Positions 47,573-57,507 of a DNA stretch of 64,000 bases are shown piece by piece. The notes under the pieces were generated by a model, which saw nothing but the letters and a program-made list of their open reading frames with translations, had not been told where the DNA came from and did no database searches. The first letter of the stretch is position 1; each line of letters opens with the position of its first letter. Made by a program: the position numbers and the translations under genes. The stretch spans positions 96,193-160,192 of the IMG/VR virus record IMGVR_UViG_3300026549_000038. The stretch is one strand, 5' to 3'. The DNA is from a virus (lineage: Duplodnaviria; Caudoviricetes).

Positions 47573-49288
47573 TTATAATAATTTTTTATACCACTTAATG
47601 TGACCGCTATCGTATATTTTCCAGTAAGGTAAAGAAGCCATAATCTGGGATTCCGTATTGTGTTCTATATCATACCCCATTTGTTCAAGCTTTCTTTTGG
47701 TGAATGATGTTCTATGATATCTGTGCAAGTCGTTTTTATTTATATACCAATATGCTCCTGTTATTTTTCCATCGCTCGAGAATCCCAAACTTTTATAAAG
47801 TCCACCATTGCTAATATCATTAGATGAAAACGATGTGATAGATTTTGGGTTATATACATTAATAAAATAACTCATAAGTTTCCCAGCTGCTCCTACCACT
47901 TGAGTATTCAATTTTGTACAAAATCTGGTCAATTCCCAATCAGTCTTGCTGTTTCCGGTATTTCCGGAAAGTTGTGATCGTTTATTAAAAGTCATAATAC
48001 CCACACATTCTTTATCCTTAAATATACCTAAACTAACCTTAGCTGGACATGTTCCTTGTATGTGGTTGCTGTTTAAAAATTCCGTTTTTGTTTTTGAATC
48101 CACTTCGAGAATCTCACAATTCCTGGCGTATATTCTATTTTTATATATTCCTAATTTAGAAAGTAATATTGACTTAATAATCTCAGAGTGTATCTTCACC
48201 TGATCTTCCCAGATAGTTAACAATTGAATATTTTTATCTCGGCATTGTTTAAATTTGTTAATATGATAACTACTGTTTTTTAACTCAGTGGAATGCCAAT
48301 AACACCCATTACATTCTATCGCAAGTTTGTGACTTGGTATGTATATGTCAATTTCTCCTGCGATGATGTCTCTTACATTACAGCGATAATTTATATCATA
48401 TTCATCTAATATATCTCTTATAAAAATTTCTATACTTGATATGTTTGGAGAAACTGGAAGTAATTTTGTACAAGTTTCAATACCGTTATAAATCCTGTGG
48501 AAATATACTTCAGAATTAATATTATATTGTTTGTTGGTGCATTTATCACAGCTTGGATTTGAACATTTTATGGTATATATTGTATTTCCATCAAGCATTT
48601 GAATATCAATGACATTTGGATATTTGTTGGTAATTTTATTTTTTATAGAATTTATATAATTATCAAATATTTTAGGATTAGGATGCGCACTCCCATATCT
48701 TTCGAGATTTGTCCGTTGAATTTTTTGTTGTATCTGCTCCGAGGCACCGGCCCAGTTAACTCCATATCTTTCGAGATTTGTCTGTTGAACCTTTTTCTTT
48801 ATGTTGTCAGTCCTCATTGGAATAATGTCTCCATATCTTTCAAGATTGGTTTGCGCTGTTTTTTCCGCTAACTCTTTTGATGCAAACCCTATACCCCCGT
48901 ATTTTTTTAAATGAGTATCTTTAACTTTTTTATTAACCCCCGGGATCTGAGATATATTAGAAACTTCATATTTTGTTTTAACTGTGGATAATGTTCTTTT
49001 TATTCTCTCAGGTGAAGACTCAGAGCATTCCCGACTGCAAAATTTTTTATAACCCTTATTAAAATTTACATATTTGGTTGGTTTACCACACATCTCACAA
49101 ACCGGTGCATGATTTATTTGATTAAAATACCAGTATAATTTTTCAGAAATAGTTGTTAAAAAATTATATTTATTGTTTATAAATTCATAAAAGTCTGGGT
49201 AATTTAATCTAATAAATTTATCTTGACATGCGTGCTTTGAATTTTCGGATATAAATGCTTTTGTTGGTTGGCTTATTTTGTGAGTCAT
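47573..49288 (-). CDS. Hef-like homing endonuclease with C-terminal GNAT-like domain
   Basis: CEMC...FCSREC; TNLERYG repeats; EIDIYIPSHKLAIECNGCYWHS; HIQG, ELTRFC, GAAGKL, LYKSLGF, IYDSG. Confidence 0.8.
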   Translation of the reverse strand: MTHKISQPTKAFISENSKHACQDKFIRLNYPDFYEFINNKYNFLTTISEKLYWYFNQINHAPVCEMCGKPTKYVNFNKGYKKFCSRECSESSPERIKRTLSTVKTKYEVSNISQIPGVNKKVKDTHLKKYGGIGFASKELAEKTAQTNLERYGDIIPMRTDNIKKKVQQTNLERYGVNWAGASEQIQQKIQRTNLERYGSAHPNPKIFDNYINSIKNKITNKYPNVIDIQMLDGNTIYTIKCSNPSCDKCTNKQYNINSEVYFHRIYNGIETCTKLLPVSPNISSIEIFIRDILDEYDINYRCNVRDIIAGEIDIYIPSHKLAIECNGCYWHSTELKNSSYHINKFKQCRDKNIQLLTIWEDQVKIHSEIIKSILLSKLGIYKNRIYARNCEILEVDSKTKTEFLNSNHIQGTCPAKVSLGIFKDKECVGIMTFNKRSQLSGNTGNSKTDWELTRFCTKLNTQVVGAAGKLMSYFINVYNPKSITSFSSNDISNGGLYKSLGFSSDGKITGAYWYINKNDLHRYHRTSFTKRKLEQMGYDIEHNTESQIMASLPYWKIYDSGHIKWYKKLL

Positions 49289-49334
49289 AATTGGTTCAGT
49301 ATAATTTTCAAACTGTATAAATAATAATAAAAAA

Positions 49335-49363
49335 ATAAAGCGGGATATTTAGTCCCGCCTTAT
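49335..49363 (-). terminator. probable terminator after tail sheath gene
   Basis: Stem GCGGGA/TCCCGC with T-rich tail on the minus strand. Confidence 0.65.
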
Positions 49364-49386
49364 CTTATTGATTTTCAACGTTTTAG

Positions 49387-51705
49387 TTATCTAATTGTTG
49401 AACTAATCTCGCCTGTTCTGTGAATAGTCAACTGATGAACCATCTTACCAGCACCCCGGGCAGGCTCGATGTGTGTATCTAGTACCAGCATCTCGTTGTC
49501 TATGATCTCAGGGGTATTGTTTGTGCTGTCACAGATATTCAAGAAGTCGTATACACCACCATTGTTCTGAACAGTCTCAAGAATACTATCTGCCTTTGCT
49601 TTGATAGTATCACGAAGCTCTTGAGTATTTAACTCCCACTGATAGTTCTGAAGCAAGTTAGCAACTTCATCTGTGAGATAGATAACCAGTTCACGAACAT
49701 GGATTTTACTCAATGCACTTACAGGAGCTTGTTTTGCAGTCTGATTACTATTGATGTAAGTACCAAGTCTCGGTGTGTAAACAATGGCGTTAATTCCTGC
49801 AGGCTCGAGGATATCAAGCTCGCTACGGGCAAATCCATATTCTGGACCAACCATTCCTGTAGCGCTTAGTCTTCCGTAAGTAGGACCAGCAACTATGTAA
49901 TAAGGTTGTCTTGCTCCGTATTTGTTCATGAAGTTATTAGATACCAATCCAACACTTGGAACAATGTTTCTAACTGTGCCATCGCTGAACAATAGTGGAG
50001 TAAAGTATGCACAGTAACTTGCACCGTCACTCTCGCCGGCGATCGGATACTTCTGTACAACAGCGTTCATGTCTACTGTGTGTGCTGTAGTGTCTATAAC
50101 GCTTGAACCGAAGTCCTTAATAGCAGGGAAGTTAATCAATGCAAGTGCATTTTCTTTTGCCTGGGCAAGTGCAGCGAACTTAGCATGTAACGTTGCTGTC
50201 TCAGGGGTAGCCTTAAATGAATCAAGAATATAGTGATATTCAACATCAACCCTGTTAGTCAAAGCCTCATGGATTCCTTTATAATCAAGAACATCCATGC
50301 AAGATCTCATAATCTGAGTTCCTGGAGTACTCTGCGAAATTGTTGTGTAGTTATAACCTTCTACATATCTTTCTTGAATACCCTGATTGTAAATTGGACT
50401 GTTTACATCATTTACAGTTGTCCAGCCATTGTATGGAAGTGTCTTGTATTCAGTCAGAGGGGTCAATGCAGTGTCAAGTCTCAACTCGTTAAGTTTCATC
50501 ATAAGTTTGTGGCTATCGTAATCAGCATTTAGAGCAACATCTATAGAAATATAATTTCCGTTAGCGTCCTTGAAGTAAGGGAATATGATACCTCTATATG
50601 ATCCAATGAATCTGCTATTTGGATCGCGTGCAAGAGCAAGAAGTACGTCAGCATCCTGTCCAAAAGCATCCTTATAGTCTTCGCGAATCTTTGAATAATT
50701 TGCTGCAGGCACTGGTGTTTCGTCGTCATAATCAACAGCAGAAGCAATAGTTGAATCGATTTCGTCAGCCAGTGCTTTAGCAGCAGCACGAACGCTAGCT
50801 TGTTTTTCGGCATCGCTATCAGTATAGTTTTTAGCCATGGTATTCAAAGTAGTTACGTCTTCGAGAGCAGTCTGGATAGTTGCAACTGTAGCTGTAGGGA
50901 CACCTTCAATACCGTGAAGTGGCTTGCCGGTAGCAGTAGCTGCTGTAATTTCAGCATTTACATCAGCAACCATTTTTGCTATATCTGCCGCAGATGGGTA
51001 GAAATACTTACTCAGTGCGCCTGACTTAACCGCGGGTGTAAACTGGCCTTGGAATACAAATATATCTTCGAAATATTCATCGAGATATGTATCTAAGATG
51101 CTTGCGTCTTCCAAATAAGACGGGATTTCATCCACGCTTTCATTGTTGAACCAACTGCGTACTGTTAAGTGATAATTGGTTGTATATGTCTTAGGAGTCT
51201 TACGAATGAATACAGTGGTGCTGTTTTCTTTTGAATCAGTTGCAGTCAAAATACTGTATACATTGTTAAAAGAACTTGCCATTTCTGGAAGATGATCCGG
51301 ATCTAGAGTCCAGAACTTAGTAGTATCATAAAGATCTGTTACATTTACACTGGTTCCTTCTGCCGGCATTGCGGATACAAAATTGTCGGACCCATATGCT
51401 TTAACAGTTTCAGTTGTGAACGGTTTAAGATTCAGTGCAAGAATCGACCCATTGCCTAATGCCTGATCTGAAATCCTATGAAAATACACACCTTTGCGTT
51501 CAAGCCTCTTGCTTGCTTTTCCAAATGTATTAATAAAATCAGTTTTGCTATTTACATATACTGGTGTATTGAACGGTCCCCTTTCGCTGTAACCAATCAC
51601 CAACCTCAATGTCTCTGCTACTTGAGTAGGGACAGTACTTTTATCCCATATAAATCTGTAAATACCACTAGATTTTATACTTTGAAGATGTAATGGAATA
51701 CTCAT
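49387..51705 (-). CDS. gp18: contractile tail sheath protein (T4 gp18-like)
   Basis: SSGIY...GYSERGPFNTPVYV...FG; C-terminal AGPTYG, GINAI, SALSKIHVREL, CDSTNNTPEIID. Confidence 0.93.
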   Translation of the reverse strand: MSIPLHLQSIKSSGIYRFIWDKSTVPTQVAETLRLVIGYSERGPFNTPVYVNSKTDFINTFGKASKRLERKGVYFHRISDQALGNGSILALNLKPFTTETVKAYGSDNFVSAMPAEGTSVNVTDLYDTTKFWTLDPDHLPEMASSFNNVYSILTATDSKENSTTVFIRKTPKTYTTNYHLTVRSWFNNESVDEIPSYLEDASILDTYLDEYFEDIFVFQGQFTPAVKSGALSKYFYPSAADIAKMVADVNAEITAATATGKPLHGIEGVPTATVATIQTALEDVTTLNTMAKNYTDSDAEKQASVRAAAKALADEIDSTIASAVDYDDETPVPAANYSKIREDYKDAFGQDADVLLALARDPNSRFIGSYRGIIFPYFKDANGNYISIDVALNADYDSHKLMMKLNELRLDTALTPLTEYKTLPYNGWTTVNDVNSPIYNQGIQERYVEGYNYTTISQSTPGTQIMRSCMDVLDYKGIHEALTNRVDVEYHYILDSFKATPETATLHAKFAALAQAKENALALINFPAIKDFGSSVIDTTAHTVDMNAVVQKYPIAGESDGASYCAYFTPLLFSDGTVRNIVPSVGLVSNNFMNKYGARQPYYIVAGPTYGRLSATGMVGPEYGFARSELDILEPAGINAIVYTPRLGTYINSNQTAKQAPVSALSKIHVRELVIYLTDEVANLLQNYQWELNTQELRDTIKAKADSILETVQNNGGVYDFLNICDSTNNTPEIIDNEMLVLDTHIEPARGAGKMVHQLTIHRTGEISSTIR

Positions 51706-51799
51706 ATTATTTATATTAAATTTATTTCTATTTAATTTATTCCTATTTAATTTTAATAATAATTAAATTCACTCGTCGAATCAAATGATATATTATTTA

Positions 51800-53446
51800 T
51801 TAATATCCGTGTGTTTTCAACGCCACGTCTGCTTTTTGAATGGTCTGTCTGAGTTCAGCGAGGGTATTTGTAAATTTTTCTTTTAAATCCTGGGCTGAAT
51901 TATAGTGTAAACTGCCCACATTTTGTGTTGTAGGGTCAGTTACTTTTAAATCAGAAGCTATGGTCGCACATTTTGACAGAAGCTCAATCACTCCATCCCT
52001 TTCAAGTACAGTTGTACTGAAGTTACGTTTATTCCATTCACTCCTGTATCTGCCAGTTAAAAGTTTTTGGATGGAATCTAAATCATACTTACTCATGTTT
52101 GTCTTTCCGGTAGCGACATCCATAGTCAGTTTAAGATATCTGTTTAAAAGTTTCTGTACCTGATCACTTTCAGCGGATATATCTGAAATTTTCGTAAATT
52201 TTTGTTTTGCGAGGATATCCTTGTATCTCTTTATATTTTCCTGGGCTATTTTTTTATATTGTTCTGCGTCGCCCGGGTTAATCATTCCTGCTCGACTATC
52301 TGCTCTGTTTTTTCTTTTTTTGCGCACATTGTCCGTGTCATAATCGTTCAAATTTATCGGCCAAACCCACAGCAAATCACAATCTGACAAATATTCTTTT
52401 CTCACATCTGAAAATTTGGTCAAGTCTACTCCATATTTCCAAGCTGAGTAATTTATTTTTCCTTGAATATTTATATAAGGGAATCCATCAGTCCTCCCTG
52501 CTCTTCTACCACCTACGGAACCCTTGTGTGGTGTCCCTATTATTATCATTATTTTATTGCCCTTTAATCCGACTATCAGCCCGTTGCTTGTATCTGCACG
52601 GGTTGAAAACATGGAGTTTAACAATTTTTCTTGATCTTTCGAGAGAGAATTGAGACGCATTTCTATAATTTCTGATGATACATTATCCCATTCTATATAA
52701 CTATAAGAATATAAGTTAGTAAATCTATATATAAAATCAGAAAATTTGTTATATACATCCGTTTTGCTTTTTACGAAGTTCCAAATCATTGAAAGTCTAC
52801 CATCTGCAAACGCTTCATTAATTTCATTTTCGTCTTTTTCAACAACATCTTCTTCGGATTCTGCCAAGATGTTCATCGGAGTATTTGTAATATAACTTTT
52901 AATCACTGATTTTTTTATTCGTGTGCCAAGTTTTCTCATAGATATGGTTCCTTCTATTTTCGACGGCATACCTTTAATATCTTTAAGAGATGGGAGGTTT
53001 ATACATACAAAACTACCGTCTATGCTCGCAGGTGCACCAGCCAACGAATTCAACTTTGGGCAGTTGATTATTTCAAGTGAAGCATTGACAAAATCAACAC
53101 CTGTAAATAAATTCCCAAGGTCTTTTATGTTTGGACAATCTTTTATGCAAACTGTTATGTCTTTAACCTTTGAAAATCTGAGACCGGTTGGCCACTCAGA
53201 TTCCTCGAATTTGCTGATAGTGACTTTTGGACCTACACTACCAATAAGGCTACCATCAAGTACCAGGTTTATTGTTGGTGTCTTGGCCAATTTCTTGATA
53301 CGAATAACACGCGTATTAGCTTTTGACTCAGGTATGTTCATATATTTTTTTAAGAACTGTAGAATTACTTCTGTTTCTATTTGTGCAACAGCTGCGTTGT
53401 CATCCGTGGCAAACAAACTCTCTAAAATCTTAGAAAATTTTTCCAT
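51800..53446 (-). CDS. two-domain protein: leader + LRR-like domain + unknown C-terminal domain
   Basis: MEKFSKILESLF; CPNIKDL, CPKLNSLAGAP, LKDIKGMP; acidic linker with LAE/INE. Confidence 0.7.
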   Translation of the reverse strand: MEKFSKILESLFATDDNAAVAQIETEVILQFLKKYMNIPESKANTRVIRIKKLAKTPTINLVLDGSLIGSVGPKVTISKFEESEWPTGLRFSKVKDITVCIKDCPNIKDLGNLFTGVDFVNASLEIINCPKLNSLAGAPASIDGSFVCINLPSLKDIKGMPSKIEGTISMRKLGTRIKKSVIKSYITNTPMNILAESEEDVVEKDENEINEAFADGRLSMIWNFVKSKTDVYNKFSDFIYRFTNLYSYSYIEWDNVSSEIIEMRLNSLSKDQEKLLNSMFSTRADTSNGLIVGLKGNKIMIIIGTPHKGSVGGRRAGRTDGFPYINIQGKINYSAWKYGVDLTKFSDVRKEYLSDCDLLWVWPINLNDYDTDNVRKKRKNRADSRAGMINPGDAEQYKKIAQENIKRYKDILAKQKFTKISDISAESDQVQKLLNRYLKLTMDVATGKTNMSKYDLDSIQKLLTGRYRSEWNKRNFSTTVLERDGVIELLSKCATIASDLKVTDPTTQNVGSLHYNSAQDLKEKFTNTLAELRQTIQKADVALKTHGY

Positions 53447-53503
53447 ATCACTAAATCTTCTTTAATATTTGTTATTTATATATAAATCAATAATAAAAAA
53501 ATC

Positions 53504-53929
53504 ATGAGGATAAATGTAGGAATTGCACCGTCTGCGTTGACCGACGAACATCTTTTAGCTGAGGAAAGAGAACTTGCTATGATCCCAGGAACATTTAAAA
53601 GAATCGGATGCAATAACATACCAGAAATCATGAATCTGGGAAATGGATATATCAAATTCTTCATGGATAAAAGCGAGTATACATTAGATAGATATCTTGA
53701 TGTTCATAACGAGTGTTTGAAACGAGGGTTCATTCCAAAAGACAAAAGTGAACTTTGGTTTCAATCAAACATGAAGTCTAATGTTTTCTCATGGGGTTCT
53801 CGAGAAAAAACAATCATCAAAAACCGCATCGTCGAAAGAATCAACAATTCTCCAAAATTGTATTTTCACTACAATCACAAACGAATATCTAAAGAGGAAG
53901 CCATTAAACTATTAGACACGGAAGGCTAA
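53504..53929 (+). CDS. denV: pyrimidine dimer DNA glycosylase (endonuclease V)
   Basis: RIN...LTDEHLLAEERE, LGNGYIKFFMDK, ECLKRGF match T4 EndoV motifs. Confidence 0.88.
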   Translation: MRINVGIAPSALTDEHLLAEERELAMIPGTFKRIGCNNIPEIMNLGNGYIKFFMDKSEYTLDRYLDVHNECLKRGFIPKDKSELWFQSNMKSNVFSWGSREKTIIKNRIVERINNSPKLYFHYNHKRISKEEAIKLLDTEG

Positions 53930-53966
53930 GCAATAAATATTCATAGTTTGACATTATTATTATATT

Positions 53967-54416
53967 ATGTTGAACTATGTTACACTTTCAAATAAAAGTA
54001 CTTTATTAAGCGAATATCTTGGGGAGGAAGTTTACAATCTTCTTGACAGAACATTTGAATATCCTCAGGATTTTTCGTTTAATATTTTTAGTGTTACCAA
54101 AGACTATATAGCAAGACCAGATCTTATTTCTAAAGATGCTTATGGTGACCCCATGTATGCCGATGTCATATGTAAATTAAACGGTGTTTCAAATCCATTT
54201 GAATTGAACATGGGTATGATACTTATCTTGCCGGCACCTGAAAATATTACAAGTTTTCATGTAAAGCCTAGTCGCGAAGAGGTTGCTATAGAAACTAAGA
54301 CTGAAGATATTATTCCTCAAGCTAAATCGAAAACACAAAAACGCAAACCTAATGAAGCCATCATAGGAAGTTCAAGATTTAAAATAGATCAGAGTACTGG
54401 TGTTGTAATATATTGA
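53967..54416 (+). CDS. baseplate wedge protein gp53-like (LysM-like)
   Basis: RPDLISKDAYGD...ICKLNGVSNPF...GMILILP. Confidence 0.75.
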   Translation: MLNYVTLSNKSTLLSEYLGEEVYNLLDRTFEYPQDFSFNIFSVTKDYIARPDLISKDAYGDPMYADVICKLNGVSNPFELNMGMILILPAPENITSFHVKPSREEVAIETKTEDIIPQAKSKTQKRKPNEAIIGSSRFKIDQSTGVVIY

Positions 54417-54429
54417 TAATAAATAAGTT

Positions 54430-55908
54430 ATGGCACAGATAGAAGTAGAAATAGACCCAGTTCTTAAGAAAAAGAGCATAGAGATGCAGTTGGTAGCTTC
54501 TTCAAAGGAAGAGGCTGGGGGTTCTTATATCAAAAATCAAAACGACGTTCAACAAACAAGCATATTCGGTGTGTTGGTGCCATTGATTAAGATAAACAAT
54601 ACAGTGATCGACTTTATGGAGATTGAAGAGTTCACGCTTAGATCTCGTGGACCGCTTCCTGAATTGTCTTTGTCTTTCTACGATCATTTTAACTTGATAG
54701 AAAATTTTTCTACTCCAGGAAATGACAATTACGTGCTTGTTCAGATTATTCCTCCGTTTGATAATGCATATAAAAAAATCAATTTGGAATTTTATATTTC
54801 AGACATAAGCATCACTAATAAGTTTGTATCTATTGTGGGTATATATAAAGTACCGGAGTTTTTATCTTCGCGATTTAAATCTTTGGGATATATGGATACC
54901 CACGAACTATGCAGAGAGATTTCTACAGAAACTGGTCTTGGGTTTGCTTCTAATGTTAAAGAATGTTCAGACGCTAGATGGGTTTATTGTGACCATATAT
55001 CATACAACGATCTTTTAAGAAGAGAGATAAGATTTAGCGGTGGCAAAACCACAGAGATTTTTGATTGGTGGGTAGACTTCTGGGATTATATCAATCTCGT
55101 TAATATATATGAAAGATATAATAGTATAGACAGACCTGAGGATATGAAAATCTGGGTGGGAAATACAATAATGAAAGATGTTACAGAAGGAAACAAAATC
55201 ACCCCTTTTTTGACTCATTGTATTCTTACAAACTCAAAAGCATTTTCCTCAGAAGACCTTACAATAGTTAACTATAGTATTGTTAACCCATCGGGGTCAC
55301 AAGTGGGGCAAGGAACAGATAAAGTATACTCTATATATGATAAAGAATTGGGTGAATATAAAGATGTATTGATTCAAGATGGAGACGTTCAGCAAGACAT
55401 ATTTCGTAAGTATGAATATGTTGGAGAGACATATGGAGAGTATAATTATTTGTTGTCTGAAAAACTTAGGAATGCATACCTTCAAAAAATAAATACAGAA
55501 ACGCTTGAAGTGACTCTTGCTAACCCGCTGCTGGGAATCACTCGAGGTAGTAAAGTTGATGTGGTTATATATGATGATGATACGAACTTCAATATAGCCC
55601 AAAGCCTTGCGGATGAAATAGGTGTTGCAAACCCGACCAATTCTAATATTTCTCTTAATGAAGAAGCCGATGGTGAACCTCCATTTGATGATGGATATGG
55701 CGGATTCCATATTAAGAAACAACTTTCTGGTCAGTATTATGTACTTGGAGTAGAGATAAATTATAGTGATGGTAACTGGGAAAATGTGTTAACTTTAGCT
55801 AGGCCTGCATCATCTAAATATAACCCACTGCTGTCGTTAGAGGATAATACAAACCAACCTAGACAAGCTACACAAGGCTCAACTGAACAAACTACTGTTG
55901 GTTTATAA
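54430..55908 (+). CDS. putative baseplate hub protein (gp27-like)
   Basis: Follows gp53-like; C-terminal ITRGSKV...LSGQYYV...LTLAR pattern of hub proteins. Confidence 0.55.
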   Translation: MAQIEVEIDPVLKKKSIEMQLVASSKEEAGGSYIKNQNDVQQTSIFGVLVPLIKINNTVIDFMEIEEFTLRSRGPLPELSLSFYDHFNLIENFSTPGNDNYVLVQIIPPFDNAYKKINLEFYISDISITNKFVSIVGIYKVPEFLSSRFKSLGYMDTHELCREISTETGLGFASNVKECSDARWVYCDHISYNDLLRREIRFSGGKTTEIFDWWVDFWDYINLVNIYERYNSIDRPEDMKIWVGNTIMKDVTEGNKITPFLTHCILTNSKAFSSEDLTIVNYSIVNPSGSQVGQGTDKVYSIYDKELGEYKDVLIQDGDVQQDIFRKYEYVGETYGEYNYLLSEKLRNAYLQKINTETLEVTLANPLLGITRGSKVDVVIYDDDTNFNIAQSLADEIGVANPTNSNISLNEEADGEPPFDDGYGGFHIKKQLSGQYYVLGVEINYSDGNWENVLTLARPASSKYNPLLSLEDNTNQPRQATQGSTEQTTVGL

Positions 55909-55928
55909 AAAATATTATTATTAAACAA

Positions 55929-57470
55929 ATGGCATCTTCTTTAAATAATATATTAAAAACTGTAGACAACATTTCAAGTCTAGATAGGTGGACTCAAAAT
56001 AGAGAGTTGACTCATAACCCTCTATCATATTATACTCTTATACAAGACCGACTTAATTTCATCAGGTCTGGGACAAGAAAGGGAAGCGAGTTTAACTATT
56101 ATGATAATCCATCAAAACTGTACTTCAAAATCATGTTTTATTTTTGGAACAGTGATTCTGAATTGGGATCTTCTTATACTGGGTTGTTGGCTCCATCTTG
56201 GTTAAAAAGAACTGATGCAAACTACGAAGCTTCTGATAAAGAATGGGAAAAACAGTCTCAACCAAACTCTATAGAAAATCAAATAACTCAATACTGGAGG
56301 TATAATTCCGCTTGGGGTTATCTGATGAACAATAATGAATTAGAAAGAGCTGAACTATTAAAACAATTTATAAGTTTACTTTCTAATATCTCTAGCGAAT
56401 CCCCGTGGTATTTTCAAGAGGTGTCTGGCCTTGCAGATGCTCTCAAGAGAGATATGCCAGTATCATTCAAAGACGAGCGTAAAAAGATAACTATTAAGTG
56501 TTTACCTGATGCTGTAGATAATCGTATAGCTACATTAATGGATTTATACAGAGCTATAGTGTGGAGCTGGCAGAACAAATGCGAAGTATTGCCTGCTAAC
56601 CTCCGAAAATTTGATATGGGTATATTTATATATAGTACTCCTATCAAGCCAATGCATCATATGTTGCCTAAAGATCCGAACAGCAAAGAACGTTTTGCCC
56701 ACATATCTTCTAGCTCAGAAGGATATCAAACCAGTTATAAGTATATTGAATTTCACAACTGTGAATTTGTATACAACAGTCCTGGACTAGATACTTTAAA
56801 AAATGATAACGGGTTCTCTCCAGAATATTCCATTTCTATAGAGTTCGATGATTGTTACGAACAGAGGTATAATGAATTTATGTTTCGTTATATAGGGGAT
56901 ATGATTGAATGGGATGCTTTACAATCTACTGCTGACATGACATCTTTTAGAAAAAACACATACTCAACAGGAGAGATAAAAGATATTGAAAATCAGTTAG
57001 AAGAATCAAAAAAGATGCTCGAAACTGATGTTAACGAACTTATATTGGCTACGGTGAACAACGAAGATGACAAAGAAAGTCGAGAAAAATATGAAAAGAT
57101 GCATAAAGACAATGATGCAAGGACGAAGAAATCAAAAATCGGTGATGTTGAACGCTGGATAGACAACGCTGAAGAAGAAATAGAAGGAGCAGCAAAGCGG
57201 TGGGTAAACACAAAGATAGCTAGTATAGTTCTTGGAAATACCAATACATATTCTATTCCTCGAATAGCTGAGCAACTGACCGGCCTGCAAACAGGTCGTA
57301 TTCTCGAAACTGCAGATGCTGTAAAAAGCTACACGGAAAAAAACTCAAGAAAAACACTTAGTTTTGAAGGAGTTGGCAACGGGAAGAAGGTTAGAAAAAA
57401 GTTCGATGACTATACAGGTCAGGTTTTAGGTAATATATACAGAGCAAATACAATAGCAAATAATTTATAA
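55929..57470 (+). CDS. putative baseplate/tail-tube initiator protein
   Basis: PWYFQEVSGL, ITIKCL, LPANLRKFDM, IEFHNCEF resemble tube-like domains; late motif upstream. Confidence 0.5.
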   Translation: MASSLNNILKTVDNISSLDRWTQNRELTHNPLSYYTLIQDRLNFIRSGTRKGSEFNYYDNPSKLYFKIMFYFWNSDSELGSSYTGLLAPSWLKRTDANYEASDKEWEKQSQPNSIENQITQYWRYNSAWGYLMNNNELERAELLKQFISLLSNISSESPWYFQEVSGLADALKRDMPVSFKDERKKITIKCLPDAVDNRIATLMDLYRAIVWSWQNKCEVLPANLRKFDMGIFIYSTPIKPMHHMLPKDPNSKERFAHISSSSEGYQTSYKYIEFHNCEFVYNSPGLDTLKNDNGFSPEYSISIEFDDCYEQRYNEFMFRYIGDMIEWDALQSTADMTSFRKNTYSTGEIKDIENQLEESKKMLETDVNELILATVNNEDDKESREKYEKMHKDNDARTKKSKIGDVERWIDNAEEEIEGAAKRWVNTKIASIVLGNTNTYSIPRIAEQLTGLQTGRILETADAVKSYTEKNSRKTLSFEGVGNGKKVRKKFDDYTGQVLGNIYRANTIANNL

Positions 57471-57507
57471 CCGATTTATTATTATAATTAAAAAAAATTA
57501 TCTATCA

